Shown here piece by piece: positions 10,459 to 19,201 of a stretch of 55,745 bases of DNA (positions are counted from its first letter, which is position 1; every line of letters begins with the position of its first letter). Source of the DNA: an uncultured Candidatus Saccharibacteria bacterium (lineage in GTDB: Bacteria > Patescibacteriota > Saccharimonadia > Saccharimonadales > Saccharimonadaceae); contig CAZOOQ010000001.1 in the NCBI GenBank assembly GCA_964581485.1, positions 8,529 through 64,273 on the forward strand, read 5' to 3'. The notes below the pieces were generated by a model. The model did not search any database. It was not told where the DNA came from and saw only the letters and a program-made list of their open reading frames with translations. The translations under genes and the position numbers were made by a program.

Positions 10459-12159
10459 CTACTTCTGCTCTGGTTCTTTCCCTTTGAACATTGATCGAAG
10501 CAGGCCTTTGACTAGCTCTTGGCTTTCGGACGCAGCTCTGCCGAGAGTAGAGTTGGCATGAGGATTTTCACGCAATATCATTGATTCAGGTTTAATTCCT
10601 TGCTTCTGGATTGCATTGACATACGAGAGTGCTTCGTCAGTTAGCTGCACATCGCCAGGCGTGAGCTTATTTGGATCAATACCCAAACTTCGGAACACCT
10701 CAAGGAAGGCTGGATTTGAGCGGATATACGAAGTAGCAAACCTCATCGCGTCTTGCTGCTGACGCATGAGCATCTGTTCTGGAGTTAATCTTGGCGAAGG
10801 CACTTTCTCCGCTGGCGCAGTCTGCTTATTAGCCATCTGCTCTACCACGGGTGAGTTATCTAGCGTCTCTAGAGGCTGTTCTGCTTTGTCGCTAGTATCT
10901 TCTTCAGTTAGGACTTCAGACTGCCCTATTTCACTAGAATCGGTAGTCTTATCAAGTTCACTCGGCTCGTTCTCGAGTGCAGCATTTGCCTCTGCCAGTA
11001 CCGCTTCAACAAGAGGCGCCTGCTCTTCGGTCGCCGACTCTCCATCAATAGTGACTTCTGGTTTAGGTGTTTGCGGGTCGGCAACTTCAACCTTATGTAT
11101 TTCACCAGTTGAGTCATCCTTTACGATCACTTCAACATTGCCTAATGAGCCGTCAGGCAGCACTTCAATCACCATGTCGAGCCCGTCATCGAGATGTCCA
11201 CGCTCGCGGTATATCAAGCCTTTCTCTGCATCATCAATCAATTCCTCTTCAAATGGCTTTCGAGTGAGCGCGTTCTCGGCTAGGTTGCCCGCTGCAGCAC
11301 CAATACGCTGCGCCTCTGCCTCACTCATGCGCTGCTCAACTTCACTTTGGTTCATCGTCTCACCAGTGGTGGCATGGGTAAAGGTTGCAGCTTCAGTATC
11401 TGGGCCTGTATAGCGCGGGACTTCTGCAGTGCCTTTGAGCATATCTAGCAATCCTTCGCGTCCATATTTCTCGAGGCTCGCCTCGCGCAGAGCCGGGTTC
11501 ATGGCATCAAGCAACTCTGTATCCGCCGCATCTTTTTCTGCCTTTGCGGACTTATACTCAGCCCGCTGATCGGCCATGGACTTCTTTCCGCGCTTTGCTT
11601 GCTCGGCGCGATCTTTTGCATTCGCCTCTGCCCACTGCTCGTCTGTCCACATCTTGCCGTCAGTCTCCTGGTATATGTGGCGAACTGGGCGCTTGTAGGG
11701 GTTATCAACGACTGCTGGCTCAGGTTTTTTCGCGGCATTCGCCAGGTGAGCCTGCACTGCTTCAGATGATACGCGTGGTCCAGCGGCAATAGCAGCGACC
11801 TCCGTATCTGACATCGGCTGCATGGCAGCGGGTGGAGTATCTAGGCCGTCGATTGGAGCATCGACAATACCCCGAGCAGCACGCTCGGCACGAACCGCAC
11901 GCACTCTGTTCTGAATATCTGGGTTCATCGACTGGAAGTCTAGACGTGGACCTGCAGTTTTTGGCATCTCAAGATCGGGAGTGCCCTTGCCTAGCTGTCC
12001 ACTGCGAAGCGCTTCGGCTATAGTAGCATTGGTTTCGGTATTGATCTGCTGGCGATTTGCCTCTAGGCTTGCTTGAAGGGAGGCAATATCTTCGGCACTA
12101 AACATACTGCCACCGGTTGATGGTTGCTTGTCGGGAGTATTATTGAGCAGTTCAGGCAT
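10459..12159 (-). CDS. Hypothetical acidic, largely low-complexity protein (566 aa)
   Basis: Long ORF with its own TTGACA-17-TACTGT promoter; no family motif recognised. Confidence 0.75.
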   Translation of the reverse strand: MPELLNNTPDKQPSTGGSMFSAEDIASLQASLEANRQQINTETNATIAEALRSGQLGKGTPDLEMPKTAGPRLDFQSMNPDIQNRVRAVRAERAARGIVDAPIDGLDTPPAAMQPMSDTEVAAIAAGPRVSSEAVQAHLANAAKKPEPAVVDNPYKRPVRHIYQETDGKMWTDEQWAEANAKDRAEQAKRGKKSMADQRAEYKSAKAEKDAADTELLDAMNPALREASLEKYGREGLLDMLKGTAEVPRYTGPDTEAATFTHATTGETMNQSEVEQRMSEAEAQRIGAAAGNLAENALTRKPFEEELIDDAEKGLIYRERGHLDDGLDMVIEVLPDGSLGNVEVIVKDDSTGEIHKVEVADPQTPKPEVTIDGESATEEQAPLVEAVLAEANAALENEPSELDKTTDSSEIGQSEVLTEEDTSDKAEQPLETLDNSPVVEQMANKQTAPAEKVPSPRLTPEQMLMRQQQDAMRFATSYIRSNPAFLEVFRSLGIDPNKLTPGDVQLTDEALSYVNAIQKQGIKPESMILRENPHANSTLGRAASESQELVKGLLRSMFKGKEPEQK

Positions 12160-12188
12160 ATGTTTGTTTTGTAGTGTTTACTATATTT

Positions 12189-12217
12189 ACAGTAGCATAC
12201 CTCTGTTATTTTGTCAA
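12189..12217 (-). promoter_or_regulatory. sigma70-type promoter of the 566-aa orphan
   Basis: Minus strand TTGACA-17 nt-TACTGT, with extended TGC. Confidence 0.6.
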
Positions 12218-12304
12218 GAGGACGTAGCTAGTGACGTTCGCGTACATAGCACGTGTAGACGATCAATGACTTGTTTTCTGGTATAGCACCCCTATACTGA
12301 ACAT

Positions 12305-12856
12305 ATGAATACGACAACTTACCAAGCGCTCTACAGCGCTGAACAAATCAACACACGCATCGATGAACTAGCTGCCGAAATTGTGCGGGAGTATACAGAT
12401 ACATCTCCCCTGTTTGTAGCGCTGCTTCGCGGAGCGAATCCGTTTGCGAGTAAATTGATGGTTGCGATTACACACCTGGCGCCAGATTTTCACCCAGAGC
12501 TGGACTATATGATGGTGAGCACGTATGGCGAGGGTCATGTTGCCAAGCAGCCAGTCGTGGTGACCGATCTCGCGCCGACGACTTCAGTCGTTGGCCGCGA
12601 TGTCGTGATTATCGACGACGTGATCGACCTTGGCATCACCTCTGAATTCGTGGCTTCGCTCATGAAAGAGCGTGGCGCCTCGAGCGTGAAGCTGGCCGTC
12701 CTCGCGAGCAAAGATGTACCGTTGCGAACTTCCACGGCAGACTACGTCGGGTTTACAGCTGGTGACAAATGGCTCGTCGGCATGGGTCTGGACGACGCAA
12801 AAAGTGGCGTCGAGCACTATCGCTGGCTGGAAGAGATTTGGGAAATCAAGCGCTAG
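12305..12856 (+). CDS. hpt: Hypoxanthine phosphoribosyltransferase-like PRTase
   Basis: LLRGA, VVIIDDVIDLGIT PRPP-binding loop, LVGMGLD. Confidence 0.85.
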   Translation: MNTTTYQALYSAEQINTRIDELAAEIVREYTDTSPLFVALLRGANPFASKLMVAITHLAPDFHPELDYMMVSTYGEGHVAKQPVVVTDLAPTTSVVGRDVVIIDDVIDLGITSEFVASLMKERGASSVKLAVLASKDVPLRTSTADYVGFTAGDKWLVGMGLDDAKSGVEHYRWLEEIWEIKR

Positions 12857-13322
12857 TCAAAATTTTCAGTAGATTCTTATGCAAACGCTCGATGCGACCG
12901 GTAGGCATGATATGCTCGCGCAGTTGCGCGCGGGAGAGTTTGCTCTCGGGTGTGAGATCACGGACGTGGAGTGAGCAGTCGAGGTCGGCGCAGACGAGAT
13001 ACGAGACGGTGCGTTTGTCGCCTTTTGGCAAAGTGATGCGCGCGGCATTGCTCCCCCGCTGCCAGGTGGCGCAGATGTCGCAGATGATGCCGTCGGTACG
13101 ACCTGTGCTGCTGGCGGCTTTACGAGCAAGTGAAAAAGGATGGTACTTGTCGCCCAACAACAGCACTCCTTCGCTGCGAGACTTGTTCATAATGGCCAAA
13201 AAATCGCGCTCTTCAACATCCGCAATCTCACTGGGTACGTAGCGCAACTCGCGAATAATACGAGGCTTGACACGAGCAGCTTTAAGAGCCGTCGTAAGGT
13301 CAGTAGTGCTTGGCAGCTTCAT
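12846..13322 (-). CDS. FBP C-terminal treble-clef zinc-finger protein
   Basis: CDIC...YLVCADLDCSLHVR four-Cys pattern typical of the FBP_C/FusB-like family. Confidence 0.75.
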   Translation of the reverse strand: MKLPSTTDLTTALKAARVKPRIIRELRYVPSEIADVEERDFLAIMNKSRSEGVLLLGDKYHPFSLARKAASSTGRTDGIICDICATWQRGSNAARITLPKGDKRTVSYLVCADLDCSLHVRDLTPESKLSRAQLREHIMPTGRIERLHKNLLKILTSA

Positions 13323-13345
13323 AGCGCCAGTATACTATGCAACAG

Positions 13346-14737
13346 TCAGTCATCACCATGTGTATTTTGACCAGCCACCCCATCAGCGAGTGCTCGCGCC
13401 AATGCTTTTGATGCAACCGGCATATCTGCTGATGTGACCAGTTTGCCACGATGTTTTTCTGGCTTATCTTTTGACGATACGCCATTTATCTCTATAGAAT
13501 CAACCATATAGTTGGTGGCATCGATTTTCTTATCAACTTCTATTGCTAGCCTGCAATCTTTAATAAGCACATTCTGCAAACTGACCTTTTTATTGACAAT
13601 AAGCGCAGACCCGATCTGAACCACCTGACCGGCTTCGTACTTAAACGATTCTCTACCCCCATTGTTTGTATCTCCCACAACAACCAGCTTGCCGTCACCC
13701 TCAACACGGAGTCTCATAGATCTACTGCGAGAACCGTATCCATTTTCTTTACTCCAAATATACCCAAGACGTAAGGTAATCTCCATGCCAGGCAAAAACC
13801 GAACCGTATCGATGCCTGTCGTGGTAAATCGCGAAATAATGCGTTCATAAATTAATTCCTTAGGCATTTGATGGGTATCATATGCCATCAAGGTCATGAG
13901 ATTCTGGCTAAATATCTCCAGAGCCTCCCGCTGTGCTGTGCTCACTTGCTCATTTGGCTTACGGCTTCGTAGCAGCTCGGCAACCTGAGCAATTTCCTGT
14001 GCCCCCTTGTTATCGAGCTCGGCCTGAGTGAGGCGGCCTTCTTCTTCAAGCAATACTGCCTTCATCTTTACGTCATGGTTCGCTTCCATGTCAGCTCGTA
14101 ATTGCTTGCGGTGTTTTTTGTAATCAGGCGCTTGCTCGAGGAGCTTTTTGCGCTCCTGCCGGTAGTTATCGGTAGCAAACTCTTCATTAATATCTGCTTC
14201 GGCTTCTGCAACCAGCTCCATTTGTAGTTGTTTATCAACTTCTGCACGAACAGAGTCGGCAATGTCGTCATAGGTGCCATCATGAGTAAACACTTCGTGC
14301 CAGTCGGCTTTTATTTGTGCTAGCTCTGCAGGGCTAATCGCAGCTCGATATTCGTTCTCACGCTTCGCCAGTATCTCATCGGCAGTGCTTTGCACGGCTC
14401 GTTCGGTTGCTTCTTTGAGTACTTTTGCTCTCACCGCCTCATCGGCCATAAAATCTATTTCGCCGGCAGCGCGCATCCGCTCGAATTCCGCATACACCGC
14501 ATCAGCGATCGGCCCTTTACGCACCTTGTCTTTTAGCTCATCAACGGTACGACTGTATGAATGAAGCGATTCACTATTCATCTTGAGCACACGCTCAAGG
14601 CTATCGATACTCGTTAGCGCCGCATCGAGCTGCTCTCGTAGAGTCTCATTTTCGCGGTTAACATCGTCGATCGTTGCCCATGCTTCTTGACGTACTTTTT
14701 GTGCAAGTTCGGCAGCTGATGGCCCAAATAAACCCAT
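13346..14737 (-). CDS. Hypothetical coiled-coil protein (463 aa)
   Basis: Long ORF, E/K/R-rich helical N-terminal two-thirds, beta-rich C-terminus. Confidence 0.75.
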   Translation of the reverse strand: MGLFGPSAAELAQKVRQEAWATIDDVNRENETLREQLDAALTSIDSLERVLKMNSESLHSYSRTVDELKDKVRKGPIADAVYAEFERMRAAGEIDFMADEAVRAKVLKEATERAVQSTADEILAKRENEYRAAISPAELAQIKADWHEVFTHDGTYDDIADSVRAEVDKQLQMELVAEAEADINEEFATDNYRQERKKLLEQAPDYKKHRKQLRADMEANHDVKMKAVLLEEEGRLTQAELDNKGAQEIAQVAELLRSRKPNEQVSTAQREALEIFSQNLMTLMAYDTHQMPKELIYERIISRFTTTGIDTVRFLPGMEITLRLGYIWSKENGYGSRSRSMRLRVEGDGKLVVVGDTNNGGRESFKYEAGQVVQIGSALIVNKKVSLQNVLIKDCRLAIEVDKKIDATNYMVDSIEINGVSSKDKPEKHRGKLVTSADMPVASKALARALADGVAGQNTHGDD

Positions 14738-14975
14738 AGAATATACTTTCCCTGCCCGACTGAGCTTATAATGACGTTGTCTGACTTGAAGTGCTCTCCA
14801 CCTATTTGATTAGGTAAAGATGTATTCAATCACCTCGTCGCCACGGCGAGAGAGGTTGTCGATACCATCAAGTTCTGCTGAATTCCCACCTGAAATATCT
14901 TGTGAATTCATAGTTCTATTGGTTATTTTACCACTTATTTGTTTTTATTGCAATAGATACGTATAGAATACTAGG

Positions 14976-15647
14976 TTAGGCAAGACTGACGTTCTCGACT
15001 GCCCAGTCGAGGGCTGCACGAGTGCGCTCACGAGCCTCGATAGATTTGCGCGTTGGGCGATCGTCTCGCCACCAGCGATTCCAGGACCAAGAATTCGGAT
15101 TAAGACATTCGAAGCACTCTTTGTGATGCAGGTTGCTGTTAAAAAACGTGTCGTTTCGCTCGGTATACACGTAGGTGTAGCCGACTTTTTCGATGGCTTT
15201 TTTGCTGGCTTCGTTGCCTTCATATACCGCAGATTTCAGCCGGACGATCGCCAGCTGCTCGAAGGCAAACCACGTACGAGCTTTGTGACAAGCACTCGCG
15301 ATACCCTTGCCCCAGTACGATGTACCGACAATACTGATACCCGTCGTGGCCTGCTTGAGCGGCTCGAGCTCGATATCCATGAGACTGGTGCTACCTACCA
15401 GCGTGCGAGCACCGTTTTCACAGACCCAGATACCCCAAACCATATTTGCTTTGTCTCGAATCATTTTGTCGTACCACTCTCCTTCGGTTTCGGCCGTTTC
15501 GACTCCGCGACCCCCAAGGTATTTTGTGACCGACATTTGCGCCAAGCCTGGCACAAACACTGCGATCGCCTCTTCACGATTAAACGGCGCCATTTCGATG
15601 TCGAGTCCGCTATCGGTGTTGAATTTCATGATCGGTCCAAGTGCCAT
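14976..15647 (-). CDS. GNAT N-acetyltransferase, RimJ/RimL-like
   Basis: YWGKGIAS acetyl-CoA motif, NEASKKAIEKVGY. Confidence 0.85.
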   Translation of the reverse strand: MALGPIMKFNTDSGLDIEMAPFNREEAIAVFVPGLAQMSVTKYLGGRGVETAETEGEWYDKMIRDKANMVWGIWVCENGARTLVGSTSLMDIELEPLKQATTGISIVGTSYWGKGIASACHKARTWFAFEQLAIVRLKSAVYEGNEASKKAIEKVGYTYVYTERNDTFFNSNLHHKECFECLNPNSWSWNRWWRDDRPTRKSIEARERTRAALDWAVENVSLA

Positions 15648-15826
15648 AATATGTCTCCTATGTGTATAAATATAGCACGAAAATGTGATTAGACAACACT
15701 ATATGAGCATTTCTACTTCAATTACATGCACTCCATAGCGGGCTTGGTATTCGTGCAAGCAACATTTGTCGCACTTCACATAACGGCGCTTTAAGCACCA
15801 GCGCTGAACTGCCAAGCTACAAAGTA

Positions 15827-16213
15827 CTACGGCTCTTTTTTCATCGCAATTTTTTGGACGAAACCAGCGATGATAATGTCTTTGCCTTTGTTGCCGACGA
15901 TTTTGCCTTTGTCGTAGAACTTCGTGTACGTGCCATCAGCGCATTTGATGCGATATTCGGTTTCATAGGTAGGTTTGGTGCCGTCCATATGGTCGCGCAT
16001 GTTTTGCATGATTTTCTCGTAATCATCGGGGTGTACGAGGTCAGTAAATTGCTTGTAGTGATTGTAGTGCTCGTCACTACGGCCAAGCATTTTGAGCTTG
16101 TTGGGGCTGTACATGATCATGCCGCTGGGAAGTTCCATCCACCACCAAGCGATATCCGCAGCCTCAAAAGCAGATTCCATCATATAGAGCTGTTCGGAGT
16201 CGTTTATATTCAT
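15827..16213 (-). CDS. Stand-alone PAS domain protein
   Basis: WWWME, KMLG, VHPDD, EYRIKCADG (PAS_3 pattern). Start moved to ATG 16213, which is 7 nt after TACAGT. Confidence 0.85.
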   Translation of the reverse strand: MNINDSEQLYMMESAFEAADIAWWWMELPSGMIMYSPNKLKMLGRSDEHYNHYKQFTDLVHPDDYEKIMQNMRDHMDGTKPTYETEYRIKCADGTYTKFYDKGKIVGNKGKDIIIAGFVQKIAMKKEP

Positions 16214-16325
16214 TCCCCTCACTGTACAGTGCTGTGGATAAATAGCAATGATAAAATGTAGCCGACCACTGGAAAAAATGTCCGATTTATGATACGATGT
16301 ACTACACAAAAGCACTAAAATACAC

Positions 16326-18191
16326 ATGAAAAAACCTCATACACGCATCATCCGTCGTGGCTTGCAGCTACTGAAGCGCCGCAAAGCGCTTGTGTTTGGT
16401 GGAACGATAGGACTCATCTCTGTTGGAATGCTGAGCTTTTTTGTGCTCAAGACTTCTCTACCCGTCACCGTCAACTACACTGGCAACGATGTCAAAGTTG
16501 ATCAGCCGATTACGATTTCGCTCAGTCAGTATCTGCGTATAATCGATACTTCTCGGATAACAATGACGCCAGCTGTCGCAGGTACTTGGCATCTCGAACG
16601 AAAAGGTATCGTGAGCAAAGACATGCTGGTGTTCACCCCGAAAACATACTTCCGAGAGGACACAAAATACACGGTCACTCTCCCACAAGCGCAACGCGTG
16701 TTTGGGGCCGAGACACCGCTTCCCCCAGTGAGTTTCGTAACAGAAAAAGCCCCGTCTCTCGCAGTGACCGACATGGCTACCTGGACCGACAATCAGACAA
16801 TTGCGGCTGACGCCGTGTTTTCGGCGAGTCTCGTATCAGCAAACCGCCACCTGAGGACACTTGAGTTGCGCACCTCGCCCTCAATTGCAACAACGCCTAC
16901 CGTGCAGCACGACAAAGATTACACCTGGACACCCACTGCTTTGCTCCCACACGGCACCACAGTTACACTCGAGCTGTTCGACACAAAGAACCAGCAGTCA
17001 CTGCTCAAAAAATCAGTCCGTATCGCGGCAGAACCGAGCTTGACCTCACCACTACACCGTCGCAACGTCGACGAGCGCGACAACATCGTGCTGACATTTG
17101 CCCAAGGAATCGACCACTCGGCTGCGACGATTACTTTTGATGTTCCCGGCAAAGGAATGTGGCAAAACGATACGACCTATGCCTTCTCACCAGACAAGCT
17201 CGCGCCGAATACCACCTATCACTACACCATCGAAAAAAACCTCCGCAGCAAAGAAGGAGGTATCTTGCAGGCAGATATTGTCGACGACTTTGCGACGATT
17301 GGACCGATTGCGGTGGTCGCGACATCTCCGCGCGGCAACGATCTCGCACAGGCTAGCCAAGTGATCTCCTTTACGTTCAATCGACCAGTGGATCGTGCGT
17401 CGGCCGAGCAACGACTATCTATTTCGTCCGGCACGATTACAAATAAGTCGTGGAGCGGCAATACACTCTCGGCGACAGTCACGAATCTTGGATTTCAGCA
17501 GACGGTCACCGCAAGTATCGCCGCTGGCGTGGCGAACGCTACTTTTGGCGTACCAAGCACTCGCCCCTACTCGCTCTCCTTTACGACCGAGGTACGGTCA
17601 GCCAAACTCGCCATCCCGTTCTTTCGGCAACAGTATGCAGGGTCATGTACCGCCGCGGCGCTGCGCATGATTCTCGCATACAGAGGCACTTCGGCCGACG
17701 ATATGAGCATCGTCCAGCAAATGGGTTATAATCCTCGGCCGCGCGACAACAGTACCGATCCCGCCACTTGGGACGATCCGCAGCAGATGTTTGTTGGCGA
17801 CATCAATGGGTCGATTATTGCCGGCACAGGAGCAGGACCTGATGCCCCACCAGTTGCCAAGGCAGCTCGAGCGTATGGGCGCAGCGCTTCAGCAGTCACC
17901 GGAATTGGCAGTGGCTGGATCGCGCAGCAAGTCTATGCAGGCAACCCCGTCATCATGTTTGGAGCATTTCGAGCGACCGGCATGACCTCTTGGCAAACAC
18001 CTTCGGGTCGCACCGCCACCATGAACCTCACTGGCCACGCGACGACAGTAATCGGCGTCAAGGGAGAGCCTTCGGCACCACTCGGGTTTTGGGTACACGA
18101 CCCGATGAATGGCGCTGCATACTGGAGCGTCGCAGCGGTCGAAGCAAACATTGCGCGCGACCCCTACCGCCAAGCAGTTGTTGTCTACTAA
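16326..18191 (+). CDS. Membrane-anchored Ig-like repeat protein with C-terminal C39-like peptidase
   Basis: N-terminal TM, SbsA/Big_5-like repeats (ITISLSQ, IVLTFAQ, ISFTFNRPVD), QQYAGSCTAAAL...GH...HDP catalytic pattern. Confidence 0.85.
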   Translation: MKKPHTRIIRRGLQLLKRRKALVFGGTIGLISVGMLSFFVLKTSLPVTVNYTGNDVKVDQPITISLSQYLRIIDTSRITMTPAVAGTWHLERKGIVSKDMLVFTPKTYFREDTKYTVTLPQAQRVFGAETPLPPVSFVTEKAPSLAVTDMATWTDNQTIAADAVFSASLVSANRHLRTLELRTSPSIATTPTVQHDKDYTWTPTALLPHGTTVTLELFDTKNQQSLLKKSVRIAAEPSLTSPLHRRNVDERDNIVLTFAQGIDHSAATITFDVPGKGMWQNDTTYAFSPDKLAPNTTYHYTIEKNLRSKEGGILQADIVDDFATIGPIAVVATSPRGNDLAQASQVISFTFNRPVDRASAEQRLSISSGTITNKSWSGNTLSATVTNLGFQQTVTASIAAGVANATFGVPSTRPYSLSFTTEVRSAKLAIPFFRQQYAGSCTAAALRMILAYRGTSADDMSIVQQMGYNPRPRDNSTDPATWDDPQQMFVGDINGSIIAGTGAGPDAPPVAKAARAYGRSASAVTGIGSGWIAQQVYAGNPVIMFGAFRATGMTSWQTPSGRTATMNLTGHATTVIGVKGEPSAPLGFWVHDPMNGAAYWSVAAVEANIARDPYRQAVVVY

Positions 18192-18215
18192 AAACTCCCT
18201 CTGGGTGGAGGGAGT
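18190..18215 (-). terminator. Intrinsic terminator of rpsO (possibly bidirectional)
   Basis: ACTCCCTC-tgggtg-GAGGGAGT stem with an A-tract on the left, between convergent genes. Confidence 0.75.
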
Positions 18216-18225
18216 GTTCTGGTGG

Positions 18226-18492
18226 CTACTTGCGTAGACCGAGTTTGTCGAGTACTGCTTTGTAGGCTTCGAAGTCCGTATTTTCGAGGTATTTCAGCAA
18301 TTTTTTACGTTTGCCTACCATCTGAATCAAGCCACGGCGCGCCATGTTGTCGTGCTTATTGGCCTTGAGATGTTCAGTCACCTCTTTGATACGAGCCGTC
18401 AAAATTGATACCTGAGCTTGTGGGCTCCCGACATCATTCTTGTCAACCTGAGTCAAAGCAATAGCTTTCGCTTTGTTATCCTTTGTTATCAT
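18226..18492 (-). CDS. rpsO: 30S ribosomal protein S15
   Basis: DVGSPQAQVSILT, HLKANKHD, RRGLIQMVGKRKKLLKYL. Confidence 0.97.
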   Translation of the reverse strand: MITKDNKAKAIALTQVDKNDVGSPQAQVSILTARIKEVTEHLKANKHDNMARRGLIQMVGKRKKLLKYLENTDFEAYKAVLDKLGLRK

Positions 18493-18518
18493 AGCTAGTG
18501 ATTGTACCAGATTGTAGG

Positions 18519-19175
18519 TTAGTTTTCAATACCAAGGTCAGGAAGTGTCTTTGCATTGCCAACACTCCACTCAGCAATACGCGTGCGACGCAACTGACTA
18601 CAGTAGGCGCCCGTACTGAGCGCTGCACCGATGTCGACTGCAAGACTACGAATATAGGTGCCGCTGCTGACGTGAGTGCGAATTTTTATCGCTGGATAGA
18701 CATAGTCGAGTAGATCGAGTGAATATACCTGCACGGTGCGTTCGGGCATCTCGACCTCTTCGCCGTTTCGAGCGAGCTTATAGGCGCGCTGGCCATTGAT
18801 TTTGATAGCACTAAAGATGGGTGGGCGCTGAGTGATTTGACCACGAAACTGCGCAAGCACCGCCTCAATGTCGTCCCGCGTGGGCTGGCGATCACTCACT
18901 TTTGTGAGCTCCCCCTCGGGGTCACCTGTACTGCTAGTTTGACCGAGGATAATCGTTGTTTCGTACACCTTGTCGAGCTTCGAGTATTGCTGCGCATTGC
19001 GGCACTCCTTGCCCGTCACGAGAATCATCAAGCCAGTCGCAAAGGGATCGAGCGTACCCGTATGCCCGACTTTGACTTTGTGCCCCGCTTGCTGCGACAG
19101 CACTCGCCGTACTCTTGCAACGACACCAAAACTGGTCATCCCAGCTGGTTTGTCAATAAAAAGAATGCTATCCAT
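18519..19175 (-). CDS. truB: tRNA pseudouridine(55) synthase
   Basis: KVGHTGTLDPFATG, SSGTYIRSL; lacks the C-terminal PUA domain. Confidence 0.96.
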   Translation of the reverse strand: MDSILFIDKPAGMTSFGVVARVRRVLSQQAGHKVKVGHTGTLDPFATGLMILVTGKECRNAQQYSKLDKVYETTIILGQTSSTGDPEGELTKVSDRQPTRDDIEAVLAQFRGQITQRPPIFSAIKINGQRAYKLARNGEEVEMPERTVQVYSLDLLDYVYPAIKIRTHVSSGTYIRSLAVDIGAALSTGAYCSQLRRTRIAEWSVGNAKTLPDLGIEN

Positions 19176-19201
19176 ATCTCTCCGATTGTAGCAGAGTAGC
19201 G

